Assembly: GCA_964448755.1 (NCBI GenBank)
Contig: CAYUXF010000004.1
Coordinates: forward strand, 1-51,672
Origin: an uncultured bacterium
GTDB lineage: Bacteria > Margulisbacteria > Termititenacia > Termititenacales > CAYUXF01
DNA length: 51,672 nucleotides
Direction of reading: 5' to 3'
Shown here: in pieces, positions 1-7,966 of the stretch
How the letters are laid out: every line of letters starts with the position of its first letter
Position numbering within the stretch: the first letter of the stretch is position 1
Made by a program: the position numbers and the translations under genes
The notes under the pieces: generated by a model
What the model was told of the DNA's origin: nothing
The model's database searches: none
Seen by the model: the letters and a program-made list of their open reading frames with translations, nothing else

Positions 1-54
1 GTTGCGACTTTAGCAAAAGATGAAATACTTGATATTTTAGATCAAATTAGTGCT

Positions 55-1428
55 TTAGGTGTTGATTTTGTTTATTTTTTTGGCTGTTATTAATCCGGAA
101 ATAAAAACACCCTGTATTGCTGACATGGGGTTTGTCCAGTGTCCGCAAAGATAAAGATTTTTTAGAGGTGTTTTATTGGCTAAGCTATTTTTTCCTGAGA
201 ACTTTGGATGAGACGCGGCGCCAAAAAAGGCGCCTGAAATATTATTGGTTAATTTTAGATAAGAATCTGGTCCAAGAAAAACCATTGTTTCTATTTTGTT
301 TTTGATTTCTGGAAATAATTCCAATATTATTTTTAAATAAATACTTTTTATTTTATTTTTTTCTTTGATAGAGAGTTTTGATCTATTGTTTGGTAAAAAC
401 CCGATTATTCTTATAATGCTTTTGCTTTTTGGTGCTATTTTTTTTGAATGAATTGTTGGTATATTTACAATATATTTATACTTATTTAAATATAGGCCGA
501 CTTTATTTTTTTCTTTACTGATATCTGTGTTTATCCCAAGATATAAGGCACAACCGGAGAGACTTGGCTTTAGTTTTTTTATTTTTTTTAAATAGTCGCT
601 GGGGATATTTTTTGGTGATAAAAGTTTTTCAAAAGTTAACTGTGGACTAATATTGGAGATAACAATATTGGCAGTTTTTTGATTTTTATTATTATGATAG
701 GTTATTTGGGCAAGATTATTATTAATTATATTTATTTTTGTGACATTGGCGTTGTATATTATTTTTCCACTATAGTGTTCGAGATTTTTTACAAGATTTT
801 GTGCAAAATCTGCCATCCCTTTTTGGGGATAGAAAGCCTGATAATAAAAAATGCTGCCAATCAAAGTGGCTATGTTCAAGGCAGATGCTTTATTAGCTTT
901 AAGTCCCAGATAATTGCTGAATGCGGACAGGTGTGTTTTTAGTTGTTTGTTTTTAAAGTAATTGTCGAGCATTTTTTTATAAGTTATTGTATTAATATCT
1001 GTGATTTTGCAGTTGTTATAATAAGACAATATATTTTTAATATCTTCAAAAAAATCAGAAATGGCTTTTTTTTCTTGAGGATATTTTTCTTGCAATGAGT
1101 AGATGAATTTATCTGCCGGTAAATTGTTTTTGATTTTTAGGCTTTCAATAAAGAAATTATCGAACTCGGTCAATTTACTGAATTTTGTTTTAAAAGGTAG
1201 CTGATCTAGATAATGACCAACGGGATTGTTTTTGTCGCCGACAGCGGTTAGAAAGTGTGGTCCTATATCAAAGGTGTATCTTTTTTTTTTTAAAGAAGAG
1301 CAGTAGCCGCCGGGAAAGCTATTTTTTTCAAGAATTGTTACATTGTAATTGTTTTTTGCCAATTCTATGCCGCAGATCAATCCTCCTATGCCGCTACCGA
1401 TAATTATAACTGTTGGTTTACTTTTCAT
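55..1428 (-). CDS. FAD-dependent oxidoreductase, phytoene-desaturase (CrtI/CrtD)-like family
   Basis: 457-aa ORF. N-terminal dinucleotide-binding motif VIIIGSGIGGL...ILEK. C-terminal NLYLCGHWTNP...ISG is typical of the CrtI/amine-oxidase fold. Its start overlaps the upstream KS-like gene by 11 nt, so it is the last visible gene of the minus-strand operon. Confidence 0.75.
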   Translation of the reverse strand: MKSKPTVIIIGSGIGGLICGIELAKNNYNVTILEKNSFPGGYCSSLKKKRYTFDIGPHFLTAVGDKNNPVGHYLDQLPFKTKFSKLTEFDNFFIESLKIKNNLPADKFIYSLQEKYPQEKKAISDFFEDIKNILSYYNNCKITDINTITYKKMLDNYFKNKQLKTHLSAFSNYLGLKANKASALNIATLIGSIFYYQAFYPQKGMADFAQNLVKNLEHYSGKIIYNANVTKINIINNNLAQITYHNNKNQKTANIVISNISPQLTFEKLLSPKNIPSDYLKKIKKLKPSLSGCALYLGINTDISKEKNKVGLYLNKYKYIVNIPTIHSKKIAPKSKSIIRIIGFLPNNRSKLSIKEKNKIKSIYLKIILELFPEIKNKIETMVFLGPDSYLKLTNNISGAFFGAASHPKFSGKNSLANKTPLKNLYLCGHWTNPMSAIQGVFISGLITAKKINKINT

Positions 1429-2461
1429 ATTTTTTTAATATTATAGTTGAGATCCTGCCGTCAGAATTAATATTATTAATTAGGATCGTTTTGTGTTTGT
1501 TTGTTGTTAGATTTAGATTGTTTAGTCGCTTGTTTTGAAATATTAGTAAAGCAACAATTATTTGTAAAGGCCCAGAGAGACCAAGCCCTTCTTTGGTATG
1601 TTTTTTTACTGCCAATGTCGGCTGTTCTTTGCCAAAGATTTTTTCAATGGAGTTTTGTTCAGCTGTATCTATTTCGGGATTTAAATTATTTTTATTTGTT
1701 AAAATCAGGTTTATGTCTGAGTAGGTTAGTTTGTTTTCATTCAAAATATCCTTGATGTTTTCTTCAACATTTTTATAGATATTATTGTTTTGATTTGTTC
1801 GATAGCCAATTATTTCTGCCATGATAGGTGTTTTTTCTTTTACAGCGGTTTTTGTCCTTTTTAATTGAAATAATGCGGCACCTTTTCCAAAACCGTAAAA
1901 TTTTTTACTGGGATTAAAAATATATTTAAGTTCTTTATTGTATTCATCTCCGCCGCCGCAGATGATTTCATGCAAAGATGAATTATTGTTTAAATAAAAA
2001 TAGCCCATTCCTATCGCATCAATACCTGAACAGAGACCGCTGCTGATAGTTTCGCACAATGTTAATTTTTTTTCTGTTAGAGCAATTCGGCAGGCAGGGA
2101 TATTTAGTACTGTGTCGGGAAATGCGCCGGGATTTATTCCATAATATCCCTTTTCTTGTGCCGATCTTTCAAACGTGTAAATACTGCTTAAACTGGATAG
2201 TGCAGAACCAATAACAATATTTTTTAATGGTTTTTCTAAATATTTTTTTAATAATACCGAAGCAAGTAATAAGTATTTGCTTAAATTGCTTTCTAAAGAA
2301 TTAAGCGGAATGCTTTTTTGTAATAGATTGGTTACTATATTTTCAAAATTTTCAGATTTTTGATTCTGTTGATTTACAGATGCAAGGTTTTTAATAAAGT
2401 TATCCAGACCGATTCCCAGAGGTGAAACTATTTCTGCTGCGGTTATAGCAATAGAGCTCAT
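1418..2461 (-). CDS. Ketosynthase-like partner subunit (chain-length-factor-type, probably non-condensing)
   Basis: 347-aa thiolase-fold ORF. It keeps a Cys in GLCSGIDAI, but the HGTGT catalytic-His block of the neighbouring KS aligns to LTNKNN (His replaced). An ATGA start/stop overlap with the upstream KS is typical of KS/CLF pairs. Confidence 0.65.
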   Translation of the reverse strand: MSSIAITAAEIVSPLGIGLDNFIKNLASVNQQNQKSENFENIVTNLLQKSIPLNSLESNLSKYLLLASVLLKKYLEKPLKNIVIGSALSSLSSIYTFERSAQEKGYYGINPGAFPDTVLNIPACRIALTEKKLTLCETISSGLCSGIDAIGMGYFYLNNNSSLHEIICGGGDEYNKELKYIFNPSKKFYGFGKGAALFQLKRTKTAVKEKTPIMAEIIGYRTNQNNNIYKNVEENIKDILNENKLTYSDINLILTNKNNLNPEIDTAEQNSIEKIFGKEQPTLAVKKHTKEGLGLSGPLQIIVALLIFQNKRLNNLNLTTNKHKTILINNINSDGRISTIILKKYEK

Positions 2462-3678
2462 TGTTTATTCTCTGAAAATTTTTTAATGATAATAGATGTA
2501 TTAATGCCGCCAAACGCCAGGGCGTTAGACATGACAATGTTTAGCTCTTTTTTTCTTGCTTTGTTTGGTATGTAGTCAAGATCACATAATGGGTCAGTTG
2601 TTTCATAATTAATTGTTGGTGGCATCAAGTTGTCTCGCAATGCCAGGCAACAGGCCACTGCTTCAATGGCGCTGGCTGCTCCCATGCAATGACCTAGCAT
2701 TGATTTGATAGAACTGATAGGCGTTTTGCAAGCAGTAGTTTTAAAAACGTTTTTTATGGCTTTTGTTTCAATCTGGTCATTAGTTAATGTTCCGGTGCCA
2801 TGGGCGCTAATATAATCAATATCTTTTGGTTGTATCTTGGCCATTTTCAAGGCATCTTTCATGGCCTGGCTGAGCCCTAGTCCTTCCGGGTGAGGGGCTG
2901 TAAGATGATAGCTGTCGCAATTTAGACCATACCCAATTATTTCACCGTAAATCTTAGCTTTTCTTTGAAGGGCAGTTTCTAAAGTTTCTAATAAAAGAAT
3001 GCCACTCCCTTCTCCAATTAAGATGCCAGATCTGTTCTTATCAAAAGGCTGAACTTTTTCTTTGGCCATAGAGCGTAATTTTATAAAGCCGGCATAGGCG
3101 GTATAAGAAAAAGAGTCACTTCCGCCAGCTAGTGCATATTGAACAATTCCATTTTTTATTAGTTCTGCAGCTCTGATTATTGCGTAGTTGCCAGCAGAAC
3201 AAGCCATAGGGAAGGTAAATGTTGGTCCGTTTAAATTTAATTCTTTGTTGATACCAGCGGCTATCTTCCAGGCTGGATATATTTGATATAAAAGTTTTTT
3301 TCGTTTAGGGGCAAGAGTTTTGTTGAATTTTTCATAAAGAACGTTACCTTCACCGCCGGTAACACCAATACATACTGCGGTTTGCTTGTTGTTAAGTGAA
3401 ATATTATTTTGGCAGGCCATTTTGGCGGCGACAATGGCAAATTGCGCGGCCGGTCCATAGTTTTTTAATGAACTTTTTTTAATAAAAAGCTCTGGCTGAA
3501 AAGAGTTTATTTCTCCACCGTGGGTAAAACTAAAATCTTTAGTATCATATTTTGTAATTGGTGAAATTCCACTTTTTCCGGTTACTATATTTTTCCAGAA
3601 GATATCCGGTTCGTTACCTAGTGCAGAGACTATACCCAGTCCGGTAATTACTATTCTGGTAGGTTTTTTGTTTTCCAA
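2458..3678 (-). CDS. Beta-ketoacyl-ACP synthase, KAS II (FabF)-like, intact catalytic triad
   Basis: 406-aa ORF with active-site Cys in MACSAGN, His in SAHGTGT and His in MLGHCMGAAS. It lies 3 nt downstream of an ACP gene. Confidence 0.9.
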   Translation of the reverse strand: MENKKPTRIVITGLGIVSALGNEPDIFWKNIVTGKSGISPITKYDTKDFSFTHGGEINSFQPELFIKKSSLKNYGPAAQFAIVAAKMACQNNISLNNKQTAVCIGVTGGEGNVLYEKFNKTLAPKRKKLLYQIYPAWKIAAGINKELNLNGPTFTFPMACSAGNYAIIRAAELIKNGIVQYALAGGSDSFSYTAYAGFIKLRSMAKEKVQPFDKNRSGILIGEGSGILLLETLETALQRKAKIYGEIIGYGLNCDSYHLTAPHPEGLGLSQAMKDALKMAKIQPKDIDYISAHGTGTLTNDQIETKAIKNVFKTTACKTPISSIKSMLGHCMGAASAIEAVACCLALRDNLMPPTINYETTDPLCDLDYIPNKARKKELNIVMSNALAFGGINTSIIIKKFSENKQ

Positions 3679-3681
3679 TTT

Positions 3682-3924
3682 TTATAGTTTTTTTGTTAAA
3701 TAGGCTTCAACTAAGGCAATGAATTGACCGACAGATTTTAGGTCATAGAGGTCGTTATTATCTATTTTAATGTTATATTTAGATTCTATATCAGAAACCA
3801 ATTCTAACATTTTTAAAGAATCAGCCTCAAGTTCTTTTAAAAAAAGAGTTTGAGGCGTTATTTTTTCAATAGGTTTTTTAAATGAAGTGGCAATAATTGA
3901 AAATATACCTTGTTGAATACTCAC
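3682..3924 (-). CDS. Acyl carrier protein
   Basis: 80-aa ORF with phosphopantetheine attachment motif LEADSLKMLELV (DSL). GTG start preceded by AGGAG about 8 nt upstream. Confidence 0.85.
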   Translation of the reverse strand: MSIQQGIFSIIATSFKKPIEKITPQTLFLKELEADSLKMLELVSDIESKYNIKIDNNDLYDLKSVGQFIALVEAYLTKKL

Positions 3925-3983
3925 GAATAACTCCTAAATTTTATACAAAAAAATATTCTATAGTATATAATATAATTTACAAC
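3925..3983. promoter_or_regulatory. 59-bp divergent intergenic region between the ACP operon (-) and the GNAT operon (+)
   Basis: This is the only non-coding gap between the two divergent operons. It contains TATAAT (3970-3975) only 8 nt upstream of the ATG at 3984, so that mRNA would have a very short leader or none. No clear -35 element was identified. Confidence 0.35.
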
Positions 3984-4562
3984 ATGTCATATTTACATAC
4001 TAATTTTGCAAAAATAGGCACAAAAAATTTATTTTTAATGGATTCTTTGCCTGCTGATCTGGAAAAAGTTAAGAATTTTTTTAAAAATAATAAAGATGTT
4101 CTTAATTACTCTAGTTGGCAGGATATTTACCAACAAGACGAAGGGCTCTCTTTTTTTGAAAAATCATTAAGGACACAGTTTGAATATCCGCGAAAAAGTT
4201 TTATTTTAGGCGTTGTTTCTAATAATAATCCTGCTGAAATGATAGGTGTTTGTAGTATATGTATTGATGAAGAAAAAAAAGAGGGTATTATTAGACTAGC
4301 TCTTGCCAGGAATATTCAGGGGCTCTTTTATTCTTTAGAAGTAATAGAGGCTCTTTTGGAATTTGGGTTTCAGGTTTTAAACTTTCATAAAATTATTTCC
4401 TTAGTAGATGTAGATAATGATATTTTAAAAAAAATATATTTGCGAGCAGGCCTTAAAGAAGATGGGAAATTACTGCAATATTTGTTTTATGGTAATTCTT
4501 GGCACGATCAATATTTGTTTTCTATTTTGCACAAAGATTGGCTGGAGCTGAAAAAAAGATGA
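3984..4562 (+). CDS. GNAT-family N-acyltransferase (RimJ/RimL-like)
   Basis: C-terminal GNAT core: ...FGFQVLNFHKIISLVDVDNDILKKIYLRAGLKEDGKLLQYLFYGNSWHDQYLFSIL. The ORF track starts at 3897 but that overlaps the ACP gene; the internal ATG at 3984 (MSYLHTNF) is preferred. The start is uncertain. Confidence 0.65.
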   Translation: MSYLHTNFAKIGTKNLFLMDSLPADLEKVKNFFKNNKDVLNYSSWQDIYQQDEGLSFFEKSLRTQFEYPRKSFILGVVSNNNPAEMIGVCSICIDEEKKEGIIRLALARNIQGLFYSLEVIEALLEFGFQVLNFHKIISLVDVDNDILKKIYLRAGLKEDGKLLQYLFYGNSWHDQYLFSILHKDWLELKKR

Positions 4563-5134
4563 ACAAAACAATAATGAAATTATCTGAATATTCTGTGAAA
4601 GAAATAGACTTTGATGATTTTGCTGCCTGCGCAATTTTTATAAGAAATAATCCTGATTTATTATCTTTTGATGGCTGGGGAAAGATAAAAAATATAGAAG
4701 AATTCAATTATTGTTTTCACAAATATCTGGTTGAAAAGCATGAAAACAAGAGTATTTATTCTATTTATCAAATAATTGATAATGATTCTGAAATAATAGG
4801 TTTTTGTGGATTTAAGTTAATTGATAAAACTTTCCTGATGACGGCAATTGGTCAAGGTGAGGCGGCTCTGTTATTTTGTTTTTCTGCAGAAATAGAAAAG
4901 ATCATTAAAAAAGAAATTCTATCTGAATTTATACGCTATGGGTTTAAAAAGTTAAATTTAAAACGTCAAAGATTTTTGGTTAGCGTTGATAGTGAAGAAG
5001 GGATCTCTTTTATTGCTGAATTGAATTTTATTAAAGAGGCGTTGCTTAGAGAACATTATTTTGCGGATAATGGTTGGCATGATTGTTTTTTGTATGCTGC
5101 GGTTAATTCTGTTTATCCAGGAGTAGCTAATTAA
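4559..5134 (+). CDS. GNAT-family N-acyltransferase (RimJ/RimL-like), tandem paralog
   Basis: ATGA overlap with the previous gene (ATG 4559, TGA 4560-4562). GNAT core: YGFKKLNLKRQRFLVSVDSEEGISFIAELNFIKEALLREHYFADNGWHDCFLY. Confidence 0.65.
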   Translation: MNKTIMKLSEYSVKEIDFDDFAACAIFIRNNPDLLSFDGWGKIKNIEEFNYCFHKYLVEKHENKSIYSIYQIIDNDSEIIGFCGFKLIDKTFLMTAIGQGEAALLFCFSAEIEKIIKKEILSEFIRYGFKKLNLKRQRFLVSVDSEEGISFIAELNFIKEALLREHYFADNGWHDCFLYAAVNSVYPGVAN

Positions 5135-5863
5135 ATGGTTTTTTTTGCCAGAGACAGGCTATTTAAAAACAATAAAAATTATCCCAAAGTTTTTAAGTTT
5201 AATGCGCTGGTTTCCCAAGTGTTTGATAACATGCTCAAGCGCAGTGTCCCTTTTTACTATAATATTCAAAAAGAGATCTGTTATTTTGCTAAAAAATTCA
5301 TCAAACCAAATACCAATGTTTATGATCTTGGCTGTTCAACCGGCTATACTGTCCGTAAAATTGCTAAAAACTTTAAAAAACAAAATATAACTTTATGGGC
5401 CGTTGATTATTCAAGCGAATTGCTCACTAGAGCGAAAGATCGTTTAAGAAAATACAAAAACATTAACTATATTAATTGTGATCTTAATAAAGATTTTAAA
5501 ATTTCTGGAGCCAGCTTTGTTGTTGCCAACTTAGTTTTACAGTTTTTAAAATATTCTTCCAGACAGAAACTTTTGAAAAATATTTATTCAGGTCTTCAGC
5601 CCGGCGGTTGTTTTATAATGGTTGAAAAATTGAGAAACGATAATTTTTTTCTGGAGAATATTTTTGTGGATCGTTACTATTTTTTTAAACAAAAAAACCG
5701 GTATTCAAGAGAGGAGATTGTTCGCAAAGAACGAGCGCTGAAAAGTATTTTATCTCCACTGACAATGCAAAAAAATATAGAGCTTTTGCAAAAAGCAGGC
5801 TTTTCTAATATAGAAGTATTTTTTAGGTGGTTTAATTTTTGTGGATTTATAGCGGTAAAATAA
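5135..5863 (+). CDS. cmoA: Carboxy-S-adenosyl-L-methionine (Cx-SAM) synthase, CmoA family
   Basis: 242 aa, collinear over its full length with E. coli CmoA as I recall it. Matching blocks: VFDNMLKRSVPFYYNIQ / VFPDMIQRSVPGYSNII; VYDLGCSTG / VYDLGCSLG; NLVLQFL..RQKLLKNIYSGLQPGG / NFTLQFL..RQALLDKIYQGLNPGG; YSREEIVRKERAL / YSELEISQKRSML; FFRWFNFCGFIAVK / WFQCFNFGSLVALK. Confidence 0.85.
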   Translation: MVFFARDRLFKNNKNYPKVFKFNALVSQVFDNMLKRSVPFYYNIQKEICYFAKKFIKPNTNVYDLGCSTGYTVRKIAKNFKKQNITLWAVDYSSELLTRAKDRLRKYKNINYINCDLNKDFKISGASFVVANLVLQFLKYSSRQKLLKNIYSGLQPGGCFIMVEKLRNDNFFLENIFVDRYYFFKQKNRYSREEIVRKERALKSILSPLTMQKNIELLQKAGFSNIEVFFRWFNFCGFIAVK

Positions 5864-5867
5864 AGAT

Positions 5868-6866
5868 ATGTATAGTGAAATATTTTCAAAAATAGCTACT
5901 CCGCAACTAAACGATAATGTTGTTGAGCGTCAAAAAAACAGATTATTTTCTTCAAATATACCTAAAATGATTGAACTCTTTAATCTTAGTGCAGCGCCTG
6001 TTATTTTAGATATTGGCGCAGGGACCGGTCAGTATAGCTATGCTTTTGCTGAGTATTTACAAGATAATGCCACTATTTATGCGGTGGAGGTTTTTAAGGA
6101 TAGGTATGATTACATAAAAGATCAAGTGGCTCTTAGAAATTATAAAAGTATTTTGCCAATGTTACTTTCTAGAAGTAATGATGATGAATTTTATTTTAAT
6201 AACAGTTATGACCTGATATTTTTGGGTAACAGTTTTGAATATATTAATAATAAGCAAAATTTTCTATCAAAATTAAGAGATAAGTTAAAAGAGCATGGTA
6301 AACTGGCAATAATTATGCATCGTGATATTAGCCCTTTTACAGAAGAGGATATTTTGGATAACGCTGGGTTGTTAAAGGCCTTATTAGATGAGAAACTGGA
6401 TAGTATATTTTATTTATCGGAAAAGAAAGAACCGCTGGCAAGCCTGAATTATTTCTTTAATGATTTAGACTGGACTGCCAAATATTTTCGCTATTGCCAG
6501 CAATTAAAATGGCTTCCTGTAAGCCAACTAGATGATCTGCAAAAAAGAACTTTAATGGGAATTATCAGTTTTTTAAAACGTGAAGAGAATATTTTTGATG
6601 ATAATTTTGAGATAAAAGACCCTGCCTTGATTACACCAAAAATAAATTTGATGTTTAAAATAGTTAATAAGTTAGTTTTTAGTGATCATTATAAACAATA
6701 TTTACGTGGAGATATTTTCAAGGAGAATTTTTTCTCTGATTTTAACAGAATGCAAAGCAGTGCTTTCTTGCAAGAGATAAAAGAAGTCATGGCTGCGGCC
6801 GGATATGGTTTTGCTGGTGTTTATGATTTTATTCCTTGGTATTATTTAGTAATTTTTAACAAGTAA
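5868..6866 (+). CDS. Class I SAM-dependent methyltransferase with a C-terminal extension of about 170 aa
   Basis: Motif I VILDIGAGTGQYS at residues about 45-57, plus LIFLGNSFEYI and GKLAIIM blocks. The domain layout differs from CmoB, whose GxGxG motif sits near residue 130, so it is not an obvious CmoB ortholog. Confidence 0.7.
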   Translation: MYSEIFSKIATPQLNDNVVERQKNRLFSSNIPKMIELFNLSAAPVILDIGAGTGQYSYAFAEYLQDNATIYAVEVFKDRYDYIKDQVALRNYKSILPMLLSRSNDDEFYFNNSYDLIFLGNSFEYINNKQNFLSKLRDKLKEHGKLAIIMHRDISPFTEEDILDNAGLLKALLDEKLDSIFYLSEKKEPLASLNYFFNDLDWTAKYFRYCQQLKWLPVSQLDDLQKRTLMGIISFLKREENIFDDNFEIKDPALITPKINLMFKIVNKLVFSDHYKQYLRGDIFKENFFSDFNRMQSSAFLQEIKEVMAAAGYGFAGVYDFIPWYYLVIFNK

Positions 6867-6888
6867 CATGTTAAGATAGTAGTTATAT

Positions 6889-7917
6889 ATGATTGAAACT
6901 GAAAATAATATCACTAATATATCTGATCCGGTAATCAAAAGTAATTGGTGCAATAAATTTGAAATTCCTTTAACAATGCTACAAACTGATTCTATTTTTG
7001 ATATTATTCAATCTGTAAAATACGGGGAATATATTCAAAGTGTTTATTTGCCTCTTTATGGGTTTGACGGTTTTTCTGGTAGACCTTTTTTTAAGAAAAC
7101 TAATGACAATCAAGTTGTAACTGTACCAGGCTATCAAAAGACAAAAGAAGAGTGGATCAGATTGATTAAAAACGTCGCTCAATACAAGCCTGTAACACTT
7201 ACAGTTCCTTTTTCAAAAAATATAAATTTAATTAAAGAATATATTGATTATGGCGTAAGTGAGATCATGATCAATCAATATTGGCCGGAACTTGATCAGG
7301 TTAAAGACAAGATCAAAATATCAAGATCTATTCTTGCTTATCATGATTCAGATGAGCCCATTGATGATCGTTTTGATGCAGTGATTATTCCCTATCGTAA
7401 AACTATGGACATAGAATGGTTAGAAAAGAATAGCAAGAAATTTGAGCTTATTGCGATCATAAATAATTATTGTGTAATAGAGTGCCCTTTGCAGAGTTAT
7501 AAAGAGAAGCTAATGCATAATTTTTATCGTGGTATTTTCCCTGTAAATAATGAGATCATGCCGTTTACTAAAAATTGTCTTAGATATGGCAAAACGACAT
7601 CTGCTATGTTGCCTAGAGATATTATTATCAAACTGAGTAAGTATATTTCTCGTTATAAATTAGTTGAAAGAGCATCTTCTCCCGCTGCTTATATTAGCTC
7701 TTTGAATTATTATATTTATAATGAACCTTTTTGTTTTGATTCTTTTAATTCTTCTGATTGGGTAAGAGAAGGTTTTAGTGCCGAGAAGATGGCTAGGATA
7801 ATGAAAGATAAAGAAGATCATTTTAGAGGATCAAACCTGGAAACACTTAATTGTAAATTTCAATGTTCTAGCTGTGATAGAAAGTGCTATAGTATTAATG
7901 ACTGGAATGATGAATAA
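6889..7917 (+). CDS. Cys-rich hypothetical protein, tentatively a U32-like barrel with a C-terminal Fe-S type Cys cluster
   Basis: 342-aa ORF. The pattern FEIPL...SVYLPLYGFDGFSGRP...KPVTLTV...GVSEIMI loosely follows the beta/alpha pattern of the U32 protein at 15809 and of the C-terminus of the 1556-aa protein. C-terminal NCKFQCSSCDRKC has spacing C-x3-C-x2-C-x3-C. There is also CVIEC. Confidence 0.35.
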   Translation: MIETENNITNISDPVIKSNWCNKFEIPLTMLQTDSIFDIIQSVKYGEYIQSVYLPLYGFDGFSGRPFFKKTNDNQVVTVPGYQKTKEEWIRLIKNVAQYKPVTLTVPFSKNINLIKEYIDYGVSEIMINQYWPELDQVKDKIKISRSILAYHDSDEPIDDRFDAVIIPYRKTMDIEWLEKNSKKFELIAIINNYCVIECPLQSYKEKLMHNFYRGIFPVNNEIMPFTKNCLRYGKTTSAMLPRDIIIKLSKYISRYKLVERASSPAAYISSLNYYIYNEPFCFDSFNSSDWVREGFSAEKMARIMKDKEDHFRGSNLETLNCKFQCSSCDRKCYSINDWNDE

Positions 7918-7966
7918 TAGATTTTTTAAAGACATTAATATATAATTCAAAACGAGAGGAATAATA

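Noticed and set aside
1-93. Open plus-strand frame from the window edge to a TAA at 91-93 (…LDQISALGVDFVYFFGCY*). It could be the 3' end of a convergent upstream gene overlapping the oxidoreductase gene by about 39 nt.
   Set aside because: Only 30 codons are visible and there is no motif, so it cannot be told apart from a chance open frame. It is left unannotated.
117-942. Small plus-strand ORFs (117-305, 679-942) and other small ORFs overlapping island genes. These include 1501-1755, 3261-3458, 4522-4707, 5145-5390, 5677-5889, 6979-7182, 8222-8521, 9458-9700, 11093-11409, 14573-14794, 16722-16964, 19051-19941 and 19956-20240.
   Set aside because: All are embedded in, or antisense to, longer ORFs with clear family motifs. 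They are hydrophobic or low-complexity products expected from AT-rich antisense strands.
2458-3924. Reading the ACP and KS as the housekeeping acpP-fabF pair.
   Set aside because: No fabH, fabD, fabG or fabZ is adjacent. The KS is translationally coupled to a His-deficient KS-like partner and a CrtI-like enzyme, and the ACP is divergent from GNAT and tailoring genes. That is the pattern of a dedicated secondary pathway. It still needs a phylogenetic check (see findings).
3897-3983. ORF-track start at 3897 for the first GNAT gene.
   Set aside because: The first 29 codons overlap the ACP gene on the other strand and the divergent promoter gap. They encode a low-complexity K/Y/I-rich peptide. 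The internal ATG at 3984 is more plausible.
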